From positions 89,667-153,666 of the forward strand of contig JBGAFJ010000003.1 in the NCBI GenBank assembly GCA_044227305.1: a DNA stretch of 64,000 nucleotides, read 5' to 3'. The notes under the pieces are model-generated. The model made no database searches. It was not told where the DNA came from and was given only the letters and a program-made list of their open reading frames with translations. Source of the DNA: Cyclobacteriaceae bacterium. Its GTDB lineage: Bacteria; Bacteroidota; Bacteroidia; Cytophagales; Cyclobacteriaceae. The position numbers and the translations under genes were made by a program. Of this stretch, positions 9,609 through 19,688 are shown one piece after another; positions within the stretch are counted from its first letter, which is position 1; each line of letters begins with the position of its first letter.

Positions 9609-11408
9609 ATGAAAATCAAATCTACCCTGGTGCTCCTGTCACTCGTATTGGCCCTGTTCATGCAGGGTTGCACCCCAAAACAAACTTTCTCCGGCATGGT
9701 CGTGGACATTCACAACCAACCCATCGACGGCGCTTTGGTTGAAATCGGTAAAAAAAGCAAACGGACTGAAAAAGGACGATTTACACTCGAAGTAGATTCC
9801 GCCGGGCGTTATGTTATGAATGTCACAAAACTGCACTTCGGATTTGTATCCAAGATTTTCAAGGCCGCGGATCGCAACATAGTGATAACGATGGACAGTG
9901 CTACAGTAGTGGTTATACCCAATGCTGAACCGGATGATGGCGGCACCACAGATACGGGTATCGATACCCAGGCGCCGGATGCAGTCACCATCACCGATTC
10001 ACCAACAACCACAGCACCGTTAAGTGCTTCCATTCCCGAAGCCACCAGTCCGTTGCGAAAAATCCCTTTCGTATATGACACCCATGGCAATCTGGTCGCG
10101 TTTGGAGATGCTTCTGTGGTGGCTGCTTACAAAGTGCTCGAGCAATTTCAGGCGCCCAACCAGGGTGCCACCGCTACAGTCGATCCGGATGATCTGGAGG
10201 AAACCGCTGAACCAGCGACAGCCGGATTCTTTCAAACCAAGGAAGGCGAAACAAACCGGTCGGGTATCCAGGGAAGCTTAAATACCATTGACACTTATTC
10301 CAGAGACGGAATGCCGGGTGACTTTACCATCGCAAAAGAAGACAATGGCGGAGGCTGGATGCAGACAAGGGGAGCTGTTGATCTCAGCTTTTTCAGGAAC
10401 GGTAAAGTCATGCAATTAAAAAAAGGAAAGCATGCACGCATCACCATTCCTGTGGATACAATAGCACAGCAGATTTTGGGCGAACGCCTGTCCAAAACCA
10501 TTCCTATCATGATCTATGATAAGAAGACTGGCTTCTGGAGACAGGATGTGGACAAGTGGACAGGGAAACCTTCCGTGGGCGTGCTCAATGAAAAACGTAC
10601 CGCCTATGTTGCCCTGGTAAGTCACTTCTCCGTATTCAATGCAGATGAAACTTTTACAAATGCAGCGTGCATCAGGCTTTGCAACAGCGCAACTGGCCCT
10701 TCGATGGTACCTGCCGATGCCCGTGTTGAAGTGCCGGGCACCTGGAATTGGTCGTACTCTTTTGGAACCGGTTGCAACAATCCGGCGAGTGGATGCGGCG
10801 CAGGGCAAAATGCGTTTGGAATAGCACGCCTCCTTCCCTCCAGTTCTGTGGGCATGCGTTTATTTGATAACACCGGTAAGATCAGATACACCTATGCGTT
10901 CGTCGGAGGTGCAGTAAGCCCGGACATTCACGATGATAATTGCTCAACCGTGAACAATCTTGCCACGTGCAACACGTCTACGGTTCTTGATTGGAGCGTC
11001 GCGGAGGCTGCCATTAATACCACACCCGGACAGGAAGGAACGATGAACAAACCCGTCGCAGCCGCAGACGTAGTCGGAGGCAAGTTGCGCATCAGTTGGG
11101 TGTACATACCTGACGTGACAGTGACCGGCACAACCTACGATTACACTACGCTCACACCACGCCATTACCAAATCGAGGTTGTTCCTGCATCAGGAACCAT
11201 CGCAGAGCGATTTATAGACATCCCTACACTGACCACTGCCCAAACCAACACGCTTGACGTAGATGTTACAACTATACCATACTCCAACACCAGTCAGGCT
11301 TATAAATTCAGAGTGATCGTCTTCGTCGGCATCACGAAAGTGCCTAGTGACTTGCTGCCATTCTGTTTCACTGCTGACACAGATACACAGCCCGTTTCTT
11401 GTCCATAA
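9609..11408 (+). CDS. Lipoprotein with N-terminal carboxypeptidase-regulatory-like domain and Cys-rich C-terminal region, function unknown
   Basis: Lipobox-like LFMQGC after a hydrophobic signal. GMVVDIHNQPIDGALVEI beta-sandwich start. Several paired Cys in the C-terminal half. Confidence 0.75.
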   Translation: MKIKSTLVLLSLVLALFMQGCTPKQTFSGMVVDIHNQPIDGALVEIGKKSKRTEKGRFTLEVDSAGRYVMNVTKLHFGFVSKIFKAADRNIVITMDSATVVVIPNAEPDDGGTTDTGIDTQAPDAVTITDSPTTTAPLSASIPEATSPLRKIPFVYDTHGNLVAFGDASVVAAYKVLEQFQAPNQGATATVDPDDLEETAEPATAGFFQTKEGETNRSGIQGSLNTIDTYSRDGMPGDFTIAKEDNGGGWMQTRGAVDLSFFRNGKVMQLKKGKHARITIPVDTIAQQILGERLSKTIPIMIYDKKTGFWRQDVDKWTGKPSVGVLNEKRTAYVALVSHFSVFNADETFTNAACIRLCNSATGPSMVPADARVEVPGTWNWSYSFGTGCNNPASGCGAGQNAFGIARLLPSSSVGMRLFDNTGKIRYTYAFVGGAVSPDIHDDNCSTVNNLATCNTSTVLDWSVAEAAINTTPGQEGTMNKPVAAADVVGGKLRISWVYIPDVTVTGTTYDYTTLTPRHYQIEVVPASGTIAERFIDIPTLTTAQTNTLDVDVTTIPYSNTSQAYKFRVIVFVGITKVPSDLLPFCFTADTDTQPVSCP

Positions 11409-11423
11409 CTTCTGACCCATCCC

Positions 11424-14400
11424 ATGACTTTTCGACACACTCTTCCGTGGCTGCTGATCACGGGCTTTCTGTTGACGCATCATTACGGCTCTCAACCAAC
11501 GAGCAGTCACGGAATCACAACAGGACCGAAAGATGGCAACCTGCTTTTTTATCTTCCAACATTCTCCGCATCATTCCAGGAGACATGTGTAGAGATCAAG
11601 GCGCTGGGGCACAATCAGGCATGGACCTGGTCGGCCAAATCAAAGAGCGTAAAACCTGTCTTCACCGATGGAAAAGTCATCTATGATCGGGGCCGGGTCG
11701 TCGAACAGTATATCCTGAAAGAAAAAACCATTGAACAACAATTCATCTTGATGCATCCGGCGGAAGTCTCCGCAGATGGTGATATTGTTATTTCAGGAGC
11801 CATCAGGTCGGACGGTTCATTGGTTAAAAAAACATCAGGCTGGTCGTGGCAAAATTCGACGGGAGAAATTACCCTGGGGGATGTTTATAGTTTTGACGCG
11901 GTCGGAAATCAAATTCCGTCGAGAATGGAAGTGACTGGTTCGGAGACCGTGATCACCATCCATGCTTCGGACCTCGAGAACGCAGTATATCCTGTCACTA
12001 TAGATCCCGAAATCGGGGCAAATGATTTTCGCATCAGCTTCGCAGGGGGAGTTGGAAATGACGGTGATGCGTTGAACTACAGCGCAGTTTCTCCGGCTGT
12101 CGCCTACAATGCTACGACAAATACACAGCTCGTGGTTTGGGTTGAGTCGCAAACCGGCGAAGATGAAATTTATGGTCAACTCATTAACGGAACGACCGGA
12201 GTACCGCTAAGCACCAATGATTTCCGGATCAGCACGATGGGCCCCGGCGGCTCTGGTTCAACCTACGCAGCGACAGCGCCCGACGTGATTGCCATTGGCT
12301 CTTCTTTTTTTGTTGTATGGAGTGGTGACGACAACAGGGACTACGGGGCAGGAGCGCTCGCCAATGACGAATTTGAAATCTATGGCCAGTTCGTCAATGG
12401 GACCACTGGCGCGCTCAGTGGCAGTATGATACGAATCAGCACCACGGGAACGGATGGAAACGCTGCATTTGACGCCAACACGCCTGCGGTCACTTACAAT
12501 CAAACTGCCAACCGACTGATGGTAGTGTGGTATTCCGATCAGGTCTCGGACAACCAGTTCGAAATCTACAGCCAGGGACTCGAGTCCGATGGAACCCTTA
12601 TTGGTGGAAACGTACGCGTCTCCACCATGGGACCCGATCCCAATTCCCTGTATGACGCGTTTCGCCCGGATGTTGCCTGGAATAGCACCAGCAACCAGTA
12701 TCTGGTGGTATGGCATGGCGACATTAATCTTATCGGCGATAATGAAAATGAAATTTTTGCGCGAAGACTGGATGGTATCAATGCCAACCATGGCAACCCA
12801 ATCGGAAGCACCATACAAGTGAGTGATATGGGCACAACCGGGAATACCAGCCTTGCGGCATCCGATGCTTCCGTATCCTACAATTCAACGAACTCCAACT
12901 ACCTCGTGGTCTGGTTCGGCGATGACGATACAGCGCCATTAGTTGATAATGAGAATGAGATTTTCGGTCAATTTGTGACTGGGTCGGGTACGGTCGCAAA
13001 CCCGAACAGTTTTTTCAGGATTAGCGACATGGGAACCGATGGCTCCACCAGCTTTGCCGCACTCAACCCCGACGTGAGTTATGATCCCAACCTCGGACAG
13101 TTCCTCGTGGTTTGGCATGGTGACGATAACACGGGCGGACTAATCGACAATGAGTTTGAAATATACGGGCAGTTGCTGCGTGGCTCTGATGGTCTCGCGC
13201 AGGGCACCAACGACTTCAGACTCAGCGACGCGGGCGGCACGGGCAATACTACGTACAATGCCACGTTTCCGGTTATCGCTTACAATAGCGGGAACCGTGA
13301 TTACCTGATCGCCTGGCAAGGCGACGATAATTCGACCACAACAGCAGACAATGAAAATGAAATCTGGGGACAACGCTATGCTGATCCCAAATCCGAACCC
13401 ACAGCACAACCCACGTTCTCCAGTTACTCAACACCAACCACTTCATCCTACACAGTGAATTACAATGCACCGGTCAGCGTTCCGGATGGATACATCGCAT
13501 TGCGCAAAGCCGGGTCAGCGCCAGCGGTCGCAGATTATCCGGTAGATCAAACTCCCTATACCGCCGGAACGGTTATCAATGCATCAAGCACTGTGGCCTT
13601 TTCGGGCAACGCACTAACATTCAATGAATCCGGACTATTACCAGGTACAACATATTTTTATTCGATCTTTTCTTACAATGGCGTCAATGCCTCCATCAAT
13701 TATTATACAACTTCGCCGCTCACGCCAGCAAGTGTAACAACGCTCTCCCTTGAACCTCTGACGCACGCCGCGACCTTTACCGCAACTCAAAGCGGAACGA
13801 ATCAGATCAACCTCACATTCTCAGCGGCATCGACCATCACCAATGCAGCGGGCTATATCATTCTACGCCGACAAGATGGAACCAATCCAACGGGTACCGG
13901 TATAAGTGATGCAGCCGTTGCCCCAGCAACACCGGCAACCGGAACAACTCTGATTACTACCATCACTAACACGGCAACCACCAGTTTCAATGATGTGAGT
14001 GTAACACCTGGCGTACAATACAACTACGCCATCATACCCTATGGATACAACGGATCAAACGCTGCGACATACAATTTCCTCACCGCGGCTACGATTCCCA
14101 CGGCAAATGCCTCCACGCTGAGTCTCGAGCCTGCTGCGCATGCAGCCACTTTTACCGCCACTCAGTCCGGAACCAATCAGATCAACCTTGCTTTCTCCGC
14201 AGCAAGTACCATTACCAATGCGGCTGGCTATATTATTCTGAGAAGACAGGATGGCACTAATCCCGCAGCAACGGGCATCAACGACGGAGCAGCGGCGCCT
14301 TCAACACCTGCGACCGGAACGACTCTGCTCACAACCATCACCAACACCGCTACCACTTCTTTCAACGATGCCACTGCATCTCCCGGTGTGCAATACAACT

Positions 14401-17400
14401 ATGCGCTGATCCCCTACGGCTATAATGGCACCAACGCCGCCACTTATAATTTCCGGACGGCAGCAACCATACCTGTCGCCAACGCTACTACACTCAGTCT
14501 TGAACCATTGGCACATCCGGCAACCTTCTCTGCAACACAGGCGGGTGCAACTCAAATCAATCTCGCTTTCGCTGCCGCAAGTACAATCACCAATGCGTCG
14601 GGTTATATTATTCTTAGAAGAGCTGATGCCACCAATCCAACATCTGCCGGCATTGCTGACGCCGCGGCAACACCAGCAACACCAACAACCGGTACCACAC
14701 TCGTTACTACAATCACAAACACCGCCACCACTTCGTTCAATGACACCGGCGTTTCCCCAGGGATTCAATACAACTATGCAATTTTTCCCTTCGGATATAA
14801 TGGATCAAACGCCCTCACTTACAATTACCTCCTGACCGCCGGTCTGACTGCCAATGCCTTTACACTCAGTGCGGAACCTGTCGCCCATGCCGCCACTTTT
14901 ACCGCCACTCAGTCAGGAACCAATCAAATCAACCTCGCTTTCTCAGCAGCAAGTACAATTACCAATGCAGCCGGCTACATTATTCTGAGAAGACAAGATG
15001 GTTCCAATCCAGCTGCAACAGGCATCAATGACGGAGCGGCGGCGCCTTCCACACCTGCGACCGGAACAACTTTGCTCACAACCATCACCAACACTGCTGC
15101 TACCTCCTTCAATGATGCCACTGCATCTCCCGGTGTGCAGTACAACTATGCGCTGATCCCCTACGGCTACAATGGCACCAACGCCGCCACTTATAACTTC
15201 CGGACTGCTGCAACCATCCCTGTCGCCAACGCAACTACGCTCAGCCTTGAACCATTGGCACACCCTGCAACCTTCTCTGCAACACAGGCGGGAGCAACGC
15301 AAATCAATCTGGCCTTCGCCGCCGCAAGCACAATCACCAATGCGTCGGGTTATATTATTCTCAGACGTCAGGATGGCGCCAATCCAACATCTGCCGGTAT
15401 TGCTGACGCTGCAACAGCACCAGCGACACCAACAACCGGTACCACACTCGTTACTACAGTTACAAACACCGCCACCACTTCGTTCAATGACACCGGCGTT
15501 TCCCCAGGGATTCAATACAACTATGCAATTTTTTCCTTCGGATATAATGGATCAAACGCCCTCACTTACAATTACCTCCTGACCGCCGGTCTGACTGCCA
15601 ATGCCTTTACACTCAGTGCGGAACCCATCGCGCATGCTGCTACTTTTACCGCCAGTCAGTCGGGAACCAATCAGATCAACCTTGCTTTCTCCGCAGCAAG
15701 TACAATTACCAATGCGGCTGGCTATGTCATTCTGAGAAGACAGGATGGCTCTAATCCCGCAGCAACGGGCATCAACGACGGAGCGGCGGCGCCTTCCACA
15801 CCTACGACCGGAACAACTTTGCTCACAACCATCACCAACACCGCTACCACTTCTTTCAACGATGCCACTGCATCTCCCGGCGTGCAGTACAACTACGCGC
15901 TGATCCCCTACGGATACAATGGCACCAACGCCGCCACTTACAATTTCCGGACGGCAGCAACCATACCTGTGGCCAACGCTACTACACTCAGTCTTGAACC
16001 ATTGGCACACCCTGCAACCTTCTCAGCAACACAGGCGGGAGCAACGCAAATCAATCTGGCCTTCGCTGCCGCAAGCACAATCACCAATGCGTCGGGTTAT
16101 ATTATTCTCAGGCGTCAGGATGGCGCCAATCCAACATCTGCGGGAGTAACCGATGGCGGTGCTGTATCTGCGACACCGGTCACGGGAACCACACTTGTCA
16201 CCACAATAACCAGTGCAGGCACGACCTCCTACAATGACACGGGCTTGTCTTCAGGGGTTGCCTATAATTATGCAATCATTCCGTATGGATACAACGGAAC
16301 GAATGCATTGTCATATAACTACAGAACTGCTGCCACCATTCTTACCGCAAGTGCAACGACTGTTGTGGTTGAGCCGACGAATCCTCCAACCGCACTAAAT
16401 TTCTCTGCGTTAACCAGTAGCTCGTACACACTCAGTTTTACGTCATCTGTTGGTGGTGCGGCCGGGTATCTCGCCATTCGTAAGACGGCATCATCACCGA
16501 CCGGCACACCAGTCGATGGCACCACGTATACAATAGGCACGCCCCTTGGCGATGGCGTGGTCGCCTATGTGGGGAGCGCTACGACCTTTGCTGAAGTCGG
16601 GCTTGCCAGCAATACCGTTTATTCGTACGACATTTTTGCTTTTAATGGTTCAGGTGTTTCTATCAACTACCTGGCTTCTACTCCTTTGGAGGGAAGCCGC
16701 ACAACCCTAGAAGTTAAGCCTGCCAATCAGCCTACAGCACTTGTATTTTCTAACATAGCTTCTTACAGCTTCACACTTTCATTTAGTGCACCAGCGGGAG
16801 GATCAACGGGCGTCATTGTATTGCGCACTGCGGGAGCTTATCCCACGGGGGTACCAACGGATGGGACAACCTATACTGCCGGAAGTTCGATTGGGGATGG
16901 TCTTATCGTTTCGAATGGATCAACGGTGTCGATAAACGAGACGTCGCTCAATTCCAACACCGAGTATTTCTATCGCGCCTTCTCCTTTAACGGATCCGGA
17001 CCGGCAAGAAACTACCTTTCGGCGAGCCCACTACAGGGCAGTCAGTTGACTCCCCCTGACGCGCCCGTGGCCAAAGATCCCGTACCTACTGCGACTTCAT
17101 TCAAAGCCAAGTGGGATCCGGTCACAGGCGCAACGTCTTATCAAGTGGACGTGTCCACCGACAACTTTGCAACATTTTTCACAGGATATAACAGCAAGGT
17201 TGTGGCTGCTTCTTCCGTACCGGAAGAACTTGTGCAAGGATTAACTCCGCTGACGAGTTACAAGTACCGTGTGCGGTCGGTGAATGCCGGCGGTGTGTCA
17301 GCCAATTCAAATGAGGTATCTGTATTAACCGCGAGTCAGGGCGGAGGGAACAAGCCTCTTGACATTCCTCTTACCAACAATCCCACGTTCACAAAAAACT

Positions 17401-18950
17401 TCAGCGGCAATTCCACTGTTGCCACGGTCATAGTCAATGACGGCACGGCTCCAATCAGTGTAGTTTTAAAATACCGCACAATTACAACGACGTCTCCCTT
17501 CCTCACCAAGCAAGCCACATTAAGGTCAGGGTCGGCCACTACCTACGAAGTGACTATCACGAAGGACATGCTTGACGAGCTTGGGATAGAATTCTACTTT
17601 GAAGCATCGGATGCATCGGGCGGATCTGCCAAGACCACCGATCCCCATTCTTACATGTATTATGCGGTCGACGATGCCACAGGGTCGATCCCTTTCACAT
17701 CGGCTTTTGGAGGATCGTCGGGTAGTTATGAAATGTTTTCCATTCCCTACTCGCTCACCTCGAACCAGGTGTCGAACGTTTTTGTGAAGCTGGGTAAGTA
17801 TGATAAATCACAGTGGAGACTATTTCACTACCAGGGAGGCAAGTACGATGAAAATGAAAAAGGAATTAATACCATCGAATCTGGCAAGGGATATTGGTTC
17901 AATGCAGCAAATAAAGTAGATATCAATCCAGGACCGGGCAATGTATCCGAAAGCAACCAATCCAAAGGCTTCTCCATAACACTCGAGAAAGGATGGAATC
18001 AGATCGGCAACCCCTATCCATTCAACGTGGATTGGGCTACGGTTCAATCCGCCAATTCTTCTGCGGTCCTGGGATCGCTGTGGTCCTTTGAATCCGGCCA
18101 ATATGTGAAGAAGGGTACGCTCGTTGTCTGGAGGGGTGCTTTTGTTTTCAGTGACAACGGAGGAGTCGTGACTTTCCCGGTGTTGAGTAAAACGCTCAAC
18201 AGCGGACGCATGGCACAAACTGAATTCAGCATCACTCCGGATGAAACCAAGTGGCAACTGCCGCTTACCCTGACCCTGAATGGCCTTACAAATATCAGTT
18301 CCATCGGTATGCACCCGGACGCAAGCGACACAAAGGACCGGTTCGATGAAATTACGGTTCCCCGTTTTCTGGGCTATCTGGAGATGAGTACTCATCACAA
18401 AGAGTACTTCGCGCCGAACTTCACAACAGACGTGGTGCGTACATCAAACGCCCATACCTGGGAATTTACTATCGAAAGTAGTGAACAGGGTACCGCATCA
18501 CTGGCCTGGGATCGCTCAGCCCTCGAGGCGAGTCATTCAACGTTCATGTTGATTGATTTGACAACCTCATCATGGTTGGATATGACCACGGCAGATCAGT
18601 ACGTCTTCAGCGCTGAAGCTACGCACCGCATCAAGATTGTTTACAGTCACGATACGTCGTTTGACCCGGGGGTTACGCTCATTGGCAATGCTTATCCCAA
18701 TCCATTCAATCGCGACCTTTCGATTCCTGTATTGGTCGGAGGAGAAAGCAAGGAAGTACACGTGCAGGTCTTTGACGCCATGGGCAGAATGGTTCGCTCT
18801 ATGCAAGCCAGTTTTGCCGAGAGTGGAACTCACACTTTGCATTGGGATGGAAAAGATGATCAAGGCAATGAAGTCAGCAGTGGTCTGATATTTTACCGGT
18901 TCAGAAATGATCCGGCGCAAGCGGCCCGACGGCTAATTAAGATCCGATAG
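11424..18950 (+). CDS. Giant (2508 aa) T9SS type A-sorted repeat protein: 7 propeller-like repeats, about 10 FN3-like repeats, FN3 and FlgD-Ig-like CTD; probable adhesin
   Basis: YPVTIDP N-domain, seven NDFRIS...VVW.GD...ENEI.GQ repeats, Thr/Ala-rich ~125-aa repeats, GWNQIGNPY motif, and CTD NAYPNPF...VFDAMGRMVR...HWDGKDDQGNEVSSGLIFYR. Adhesin function is inferred. Confidence 0.85.
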   Translation: MTFRHTLPWLLITGFLLTHHYGSQPTSSHGITTGPKDGNLLFYLPTFSASFQETCVEIKALGHNQAWTWSAKSKSVKPVFTDGKVIYDRGRVVEQYILKEKTIEQQFILMHPAEVSADGDIVISGAIRSDGSLVKKTSGWSWQNSTGEITLGDVYSFDAVGNQIPSRMEVTGSETVITIHASDLENAVYPVTIDPEIGANDFRISFAGGVGNDGDALNYSAVSPAVAYNATTNTQLVVWVESQTGEDEIYGQLINGTTGVPLSTNDFRISTMGPGGSGSTYAATAPDVIAIGSSFFVVWSGDDNRDYGAGALANDEFEIYGQFVNGTTGALSGSMIRISTTGTDGNAAFDANTPAVTYNQTANRLMVVWYSDQVSDNQFEIYSQGLESDGTLIGGNVRVSTMGPDPNSLYDAFRPDVAWNSTSNQYLVVWHGDINLIGDNENEIFARRLDGINANHGNPIGSTIQVSDMGTTGNTSLAASDASVSYNSTNSNYLVVWFGDDDTAPLVDNENEIFGQFVTGSGTVANPNSFFRISDMGTDGSTSFAALNPDVSYDPNLGQFLVVWHGDDNTGGLIDNEFEIYGQLLRGSDGLAQGTNDFRLSDAGGTGNTTYNATFPVIAYNSGNRDYLIAWQGDDNSTTTADNENEIWGQRYADPKSEPTAQPTFSSYSTPTTSSYTVNYNAPVSVPDGYIALRKAGSAPAVADYPVDQTPYTAGTVINASSTVAFSGNALTFNESGLLPGTTYFYSIFSYNGVNASINYYTTSPLTPASVTTLSLEPLTHAATFTATQSGTNQINLTFSAASTITNAAGYIILRRQDGTNPTGTGISDAAVAPATPATGTTLITTITNTATTSFNDVSVTPGVQYNYAIIPYGYNGSNAATYNFLTAATIPTANASTLSLEPAAHAATFTATQSGTNQINLAFSAASTITNAAGYIILRRQDGTNPAATGINDGAAAPSTPATGTTLLTTITNTATTSFNDATASPGVQYNYALIPYGYNGTNAATYNFRTAATIPVANATTLSLEPLAHPATFSATQAGATQINLAFAAASTITNASGYIILRRADATNPTSAGIADAAATPATPTTGTTLVTTITNTATTSFNDTGVSPGIQYNYAIFPFGYNGSNALTYNYLLTAGLTANAFTLSAEPVAHAATFTATQSGTNQINLAFSAASTITNAAGYIILRRQDGSNPAATGINDGAAAPSTPATGTTLLTTITNTAATSFNDATASPGVQYNYALIPYGYNGTNAATYNFRTAATIPVANATTLSLEPLAHPATFSATQAGATQINLAFAAASTITNASGYIILRRQDGANPTSAGIADAATAPATPTTGTTLVTTVTNTATTSFNDTGVSPGIQYNYAIFSFGYNGSNALTYNYLLTAGLTANAFTLSAEPIAHAATFTASQSGTNQINLAFSAASTITNAAGYVILRRQDGSNPAATGINDGAAAPSTPTTGTTLLTTITNTATTSFNDATASPGVQYNYALIPYGYNGTNAATYNFRTAATIPVANATTLSLEPLAHPATFSATQAGATQINLAFAAASTITNASGYIILRRQDGANPTSAGVTDGGAVSATPVTGTTLVTTITSAGTTSYNDTGLSSGVAYNYAIIPYGYNGTNALSYNYRTAATILTASATTVVVEPTNPPTALNFSALTSSSYTLSFTSSVGGAAGYLAIRKTASSPTGTPVDGTTYTIGTPLGDGVVAYVGSATTFAEVGLASNTVYSYDIFAFNGSGVSINYLASTPLEGSRTTLEVKPANQPTALVFSNIASYSFTLSFSAPAGGSTGVIVLRTAGAYPTGVPTDGTTYTAGSSIGDGLIVSNGSTVSINETSLNSNTEYFYRAFSFNGSGPARNYLSASPLQGSQLTPPDAPVAKDPVPTATSFKAKWDPVTGATSYQVDVSTDNFATFFTGYNSKVVAASSVPEELVQGLTPLTSYKYRVRSVNAGGVSANSNEVSVLTASQGGGNKPLDIPLTNNPTFTKNFSGNSTVATVIVNDGTAPISVVLKYRTITTTSPFLTKQATLRSGSATTYEVTITKDMLDELGIEFYFEASDASGGSAKTTDPHSYMYYAVDDATGSIPFTSAFGGSSGSYEMFSIPYSLTSNQVSNVFVKLGKYDKSQWRLFHYQGGKYDENEKGINTIESGKGYWFNAANKVDINPGPGNVSESNQSKGFSITLEKGWNQIGNPYPFNVDWATVQSANSSAVLGSLWSFESGQYVKKGTLVVWRGAFVFSDNGGVVTFPVLSKTLNSGRMAQTEFSITPDETKWQLPLTLTLNGLTNISSIGMHPDASDTKDRFDEITVPRFLGYLEMSTHHKEYFAPNFTTDVVRTSNAHTWEFTIESSEQGTASLAWDRSALEASHSTFMLIDLTTSSWLDMTTADQYVFSAEATHRIKIVYSHDTSFDPGVTLIGNAYPNPFNRDLSIPVLVGGESKEVHVQVFDAMGRMVRSMQASFAESGTHTLHWDGKDDQGNEVSSGLIFYRFRNDPAQAARRLIKIR
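13746..16364 (+). repeat. Seven intragenic tandem repeats of 372-375 nt with a 747-nt higher-order period
   Basis: Units start at 13746, 14121, 14496, 14868, 15243, 15615 and 15990. Units 2/4/6 and 3/5/(7) are near-identical to each other. Confidence 0.95.
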
Positions 18951-18953
18951 ACT

Positions 18954-19682
18954 ATGAGAAAGATTCTATTTTTATACCTTCTCCAGCTGGCCTCGTCTTC
19001 TGTATGGGCGCAGGAATTCGCTATCAAAACCGTAGAACTTACCGCGGATCAAGTGGTCCTGCACTACGATTTAATCGATACCACTAAGAATCGCACGTAC
19101 ACGATTTTTGTTTACACTTCCCGCGATAATTTCCTCGCACCACTGAATCAATTGACCGGAGACGCCGGACTTGAGGTAAGGCCAGGATTAAACCGGAAGA
19201 TTACCTGGAATGCAAAAGCTGAACTTGGAGCCACATTCGAAGGAGACGTTGAAGTCGAGATTCGCGGGCGGGTCTACGTGCCGTTCATCAGGTTTCAGGG
19301 TTTCGAAGATGTGCAGATAAGAAAAAGGAATGTTCCCTTCATTGTGAAGTGGAGCGGAGGAACTCGTCAGAACATATTGAATTTCCAGTTGTACCAGGGT
19401 GAAAAACTGGTATATACTTTTCCCAACGTGGCGAATGTAAACGAATACAAAGTCATCTTACCAAATGCTGTCAGGCCTGGCAAAGACTATTATTTCCGGA
19501 TCGCCGATTCGAAGAACAGGGATCAGGTAGTGGTCACTTCAAAGTTTGACGTAAAAAGGAAAATTCCGTTGATCGTCAAGACGATTCCTATCATAGGTGT
19601 GGGTGCACTAGTCTATGCGCTTACTTCCTCGAAGTCGGCGTCTGAACTTGATGTGCCACCCGATCCCCCAACTCAAAAATAA
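18954..19682 (+). CDS. Exported hypothetical protein with C-terminal hydrophobic anchor and Pro-rich tail
   Basis: Signal peptide ending VWAQ. C-terminus KTIPIIGVGALVYALT...LDVPPDPPTQK. Starts 3 nt after the giant gene. Confidence 0.8.
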   Translation: MRKILFLYLLQLASSSVWAQEFAIKTVELTADQVVLHYDLIDTTKNRTYTIFVYTSRDNFLAPLNQLTGDAGLEVRPGLNRKITWNAKAELGATFEGDVEVEIRGRVYVPFIRFQGFEDVQIRKRNVPFIVKWSGGTRQNILNFQLYQGEKLVYTFPNVANVNEYKVILPNAVRPGKDYYFRIADSKNRDQVVVTSKFDVKRKIPLIVKTIPIIGVGALVYALTSSKSASELDVPPDPPTQK

Positions 19683-19688
19683 ATTGAA

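Noticed and set aside
14301-16540. Antisense and alternate-frame ORFs repeating every 747 nt
   Set aside because: They are shadows of the repeats in the 2508-aa gene and show no independent protein features.
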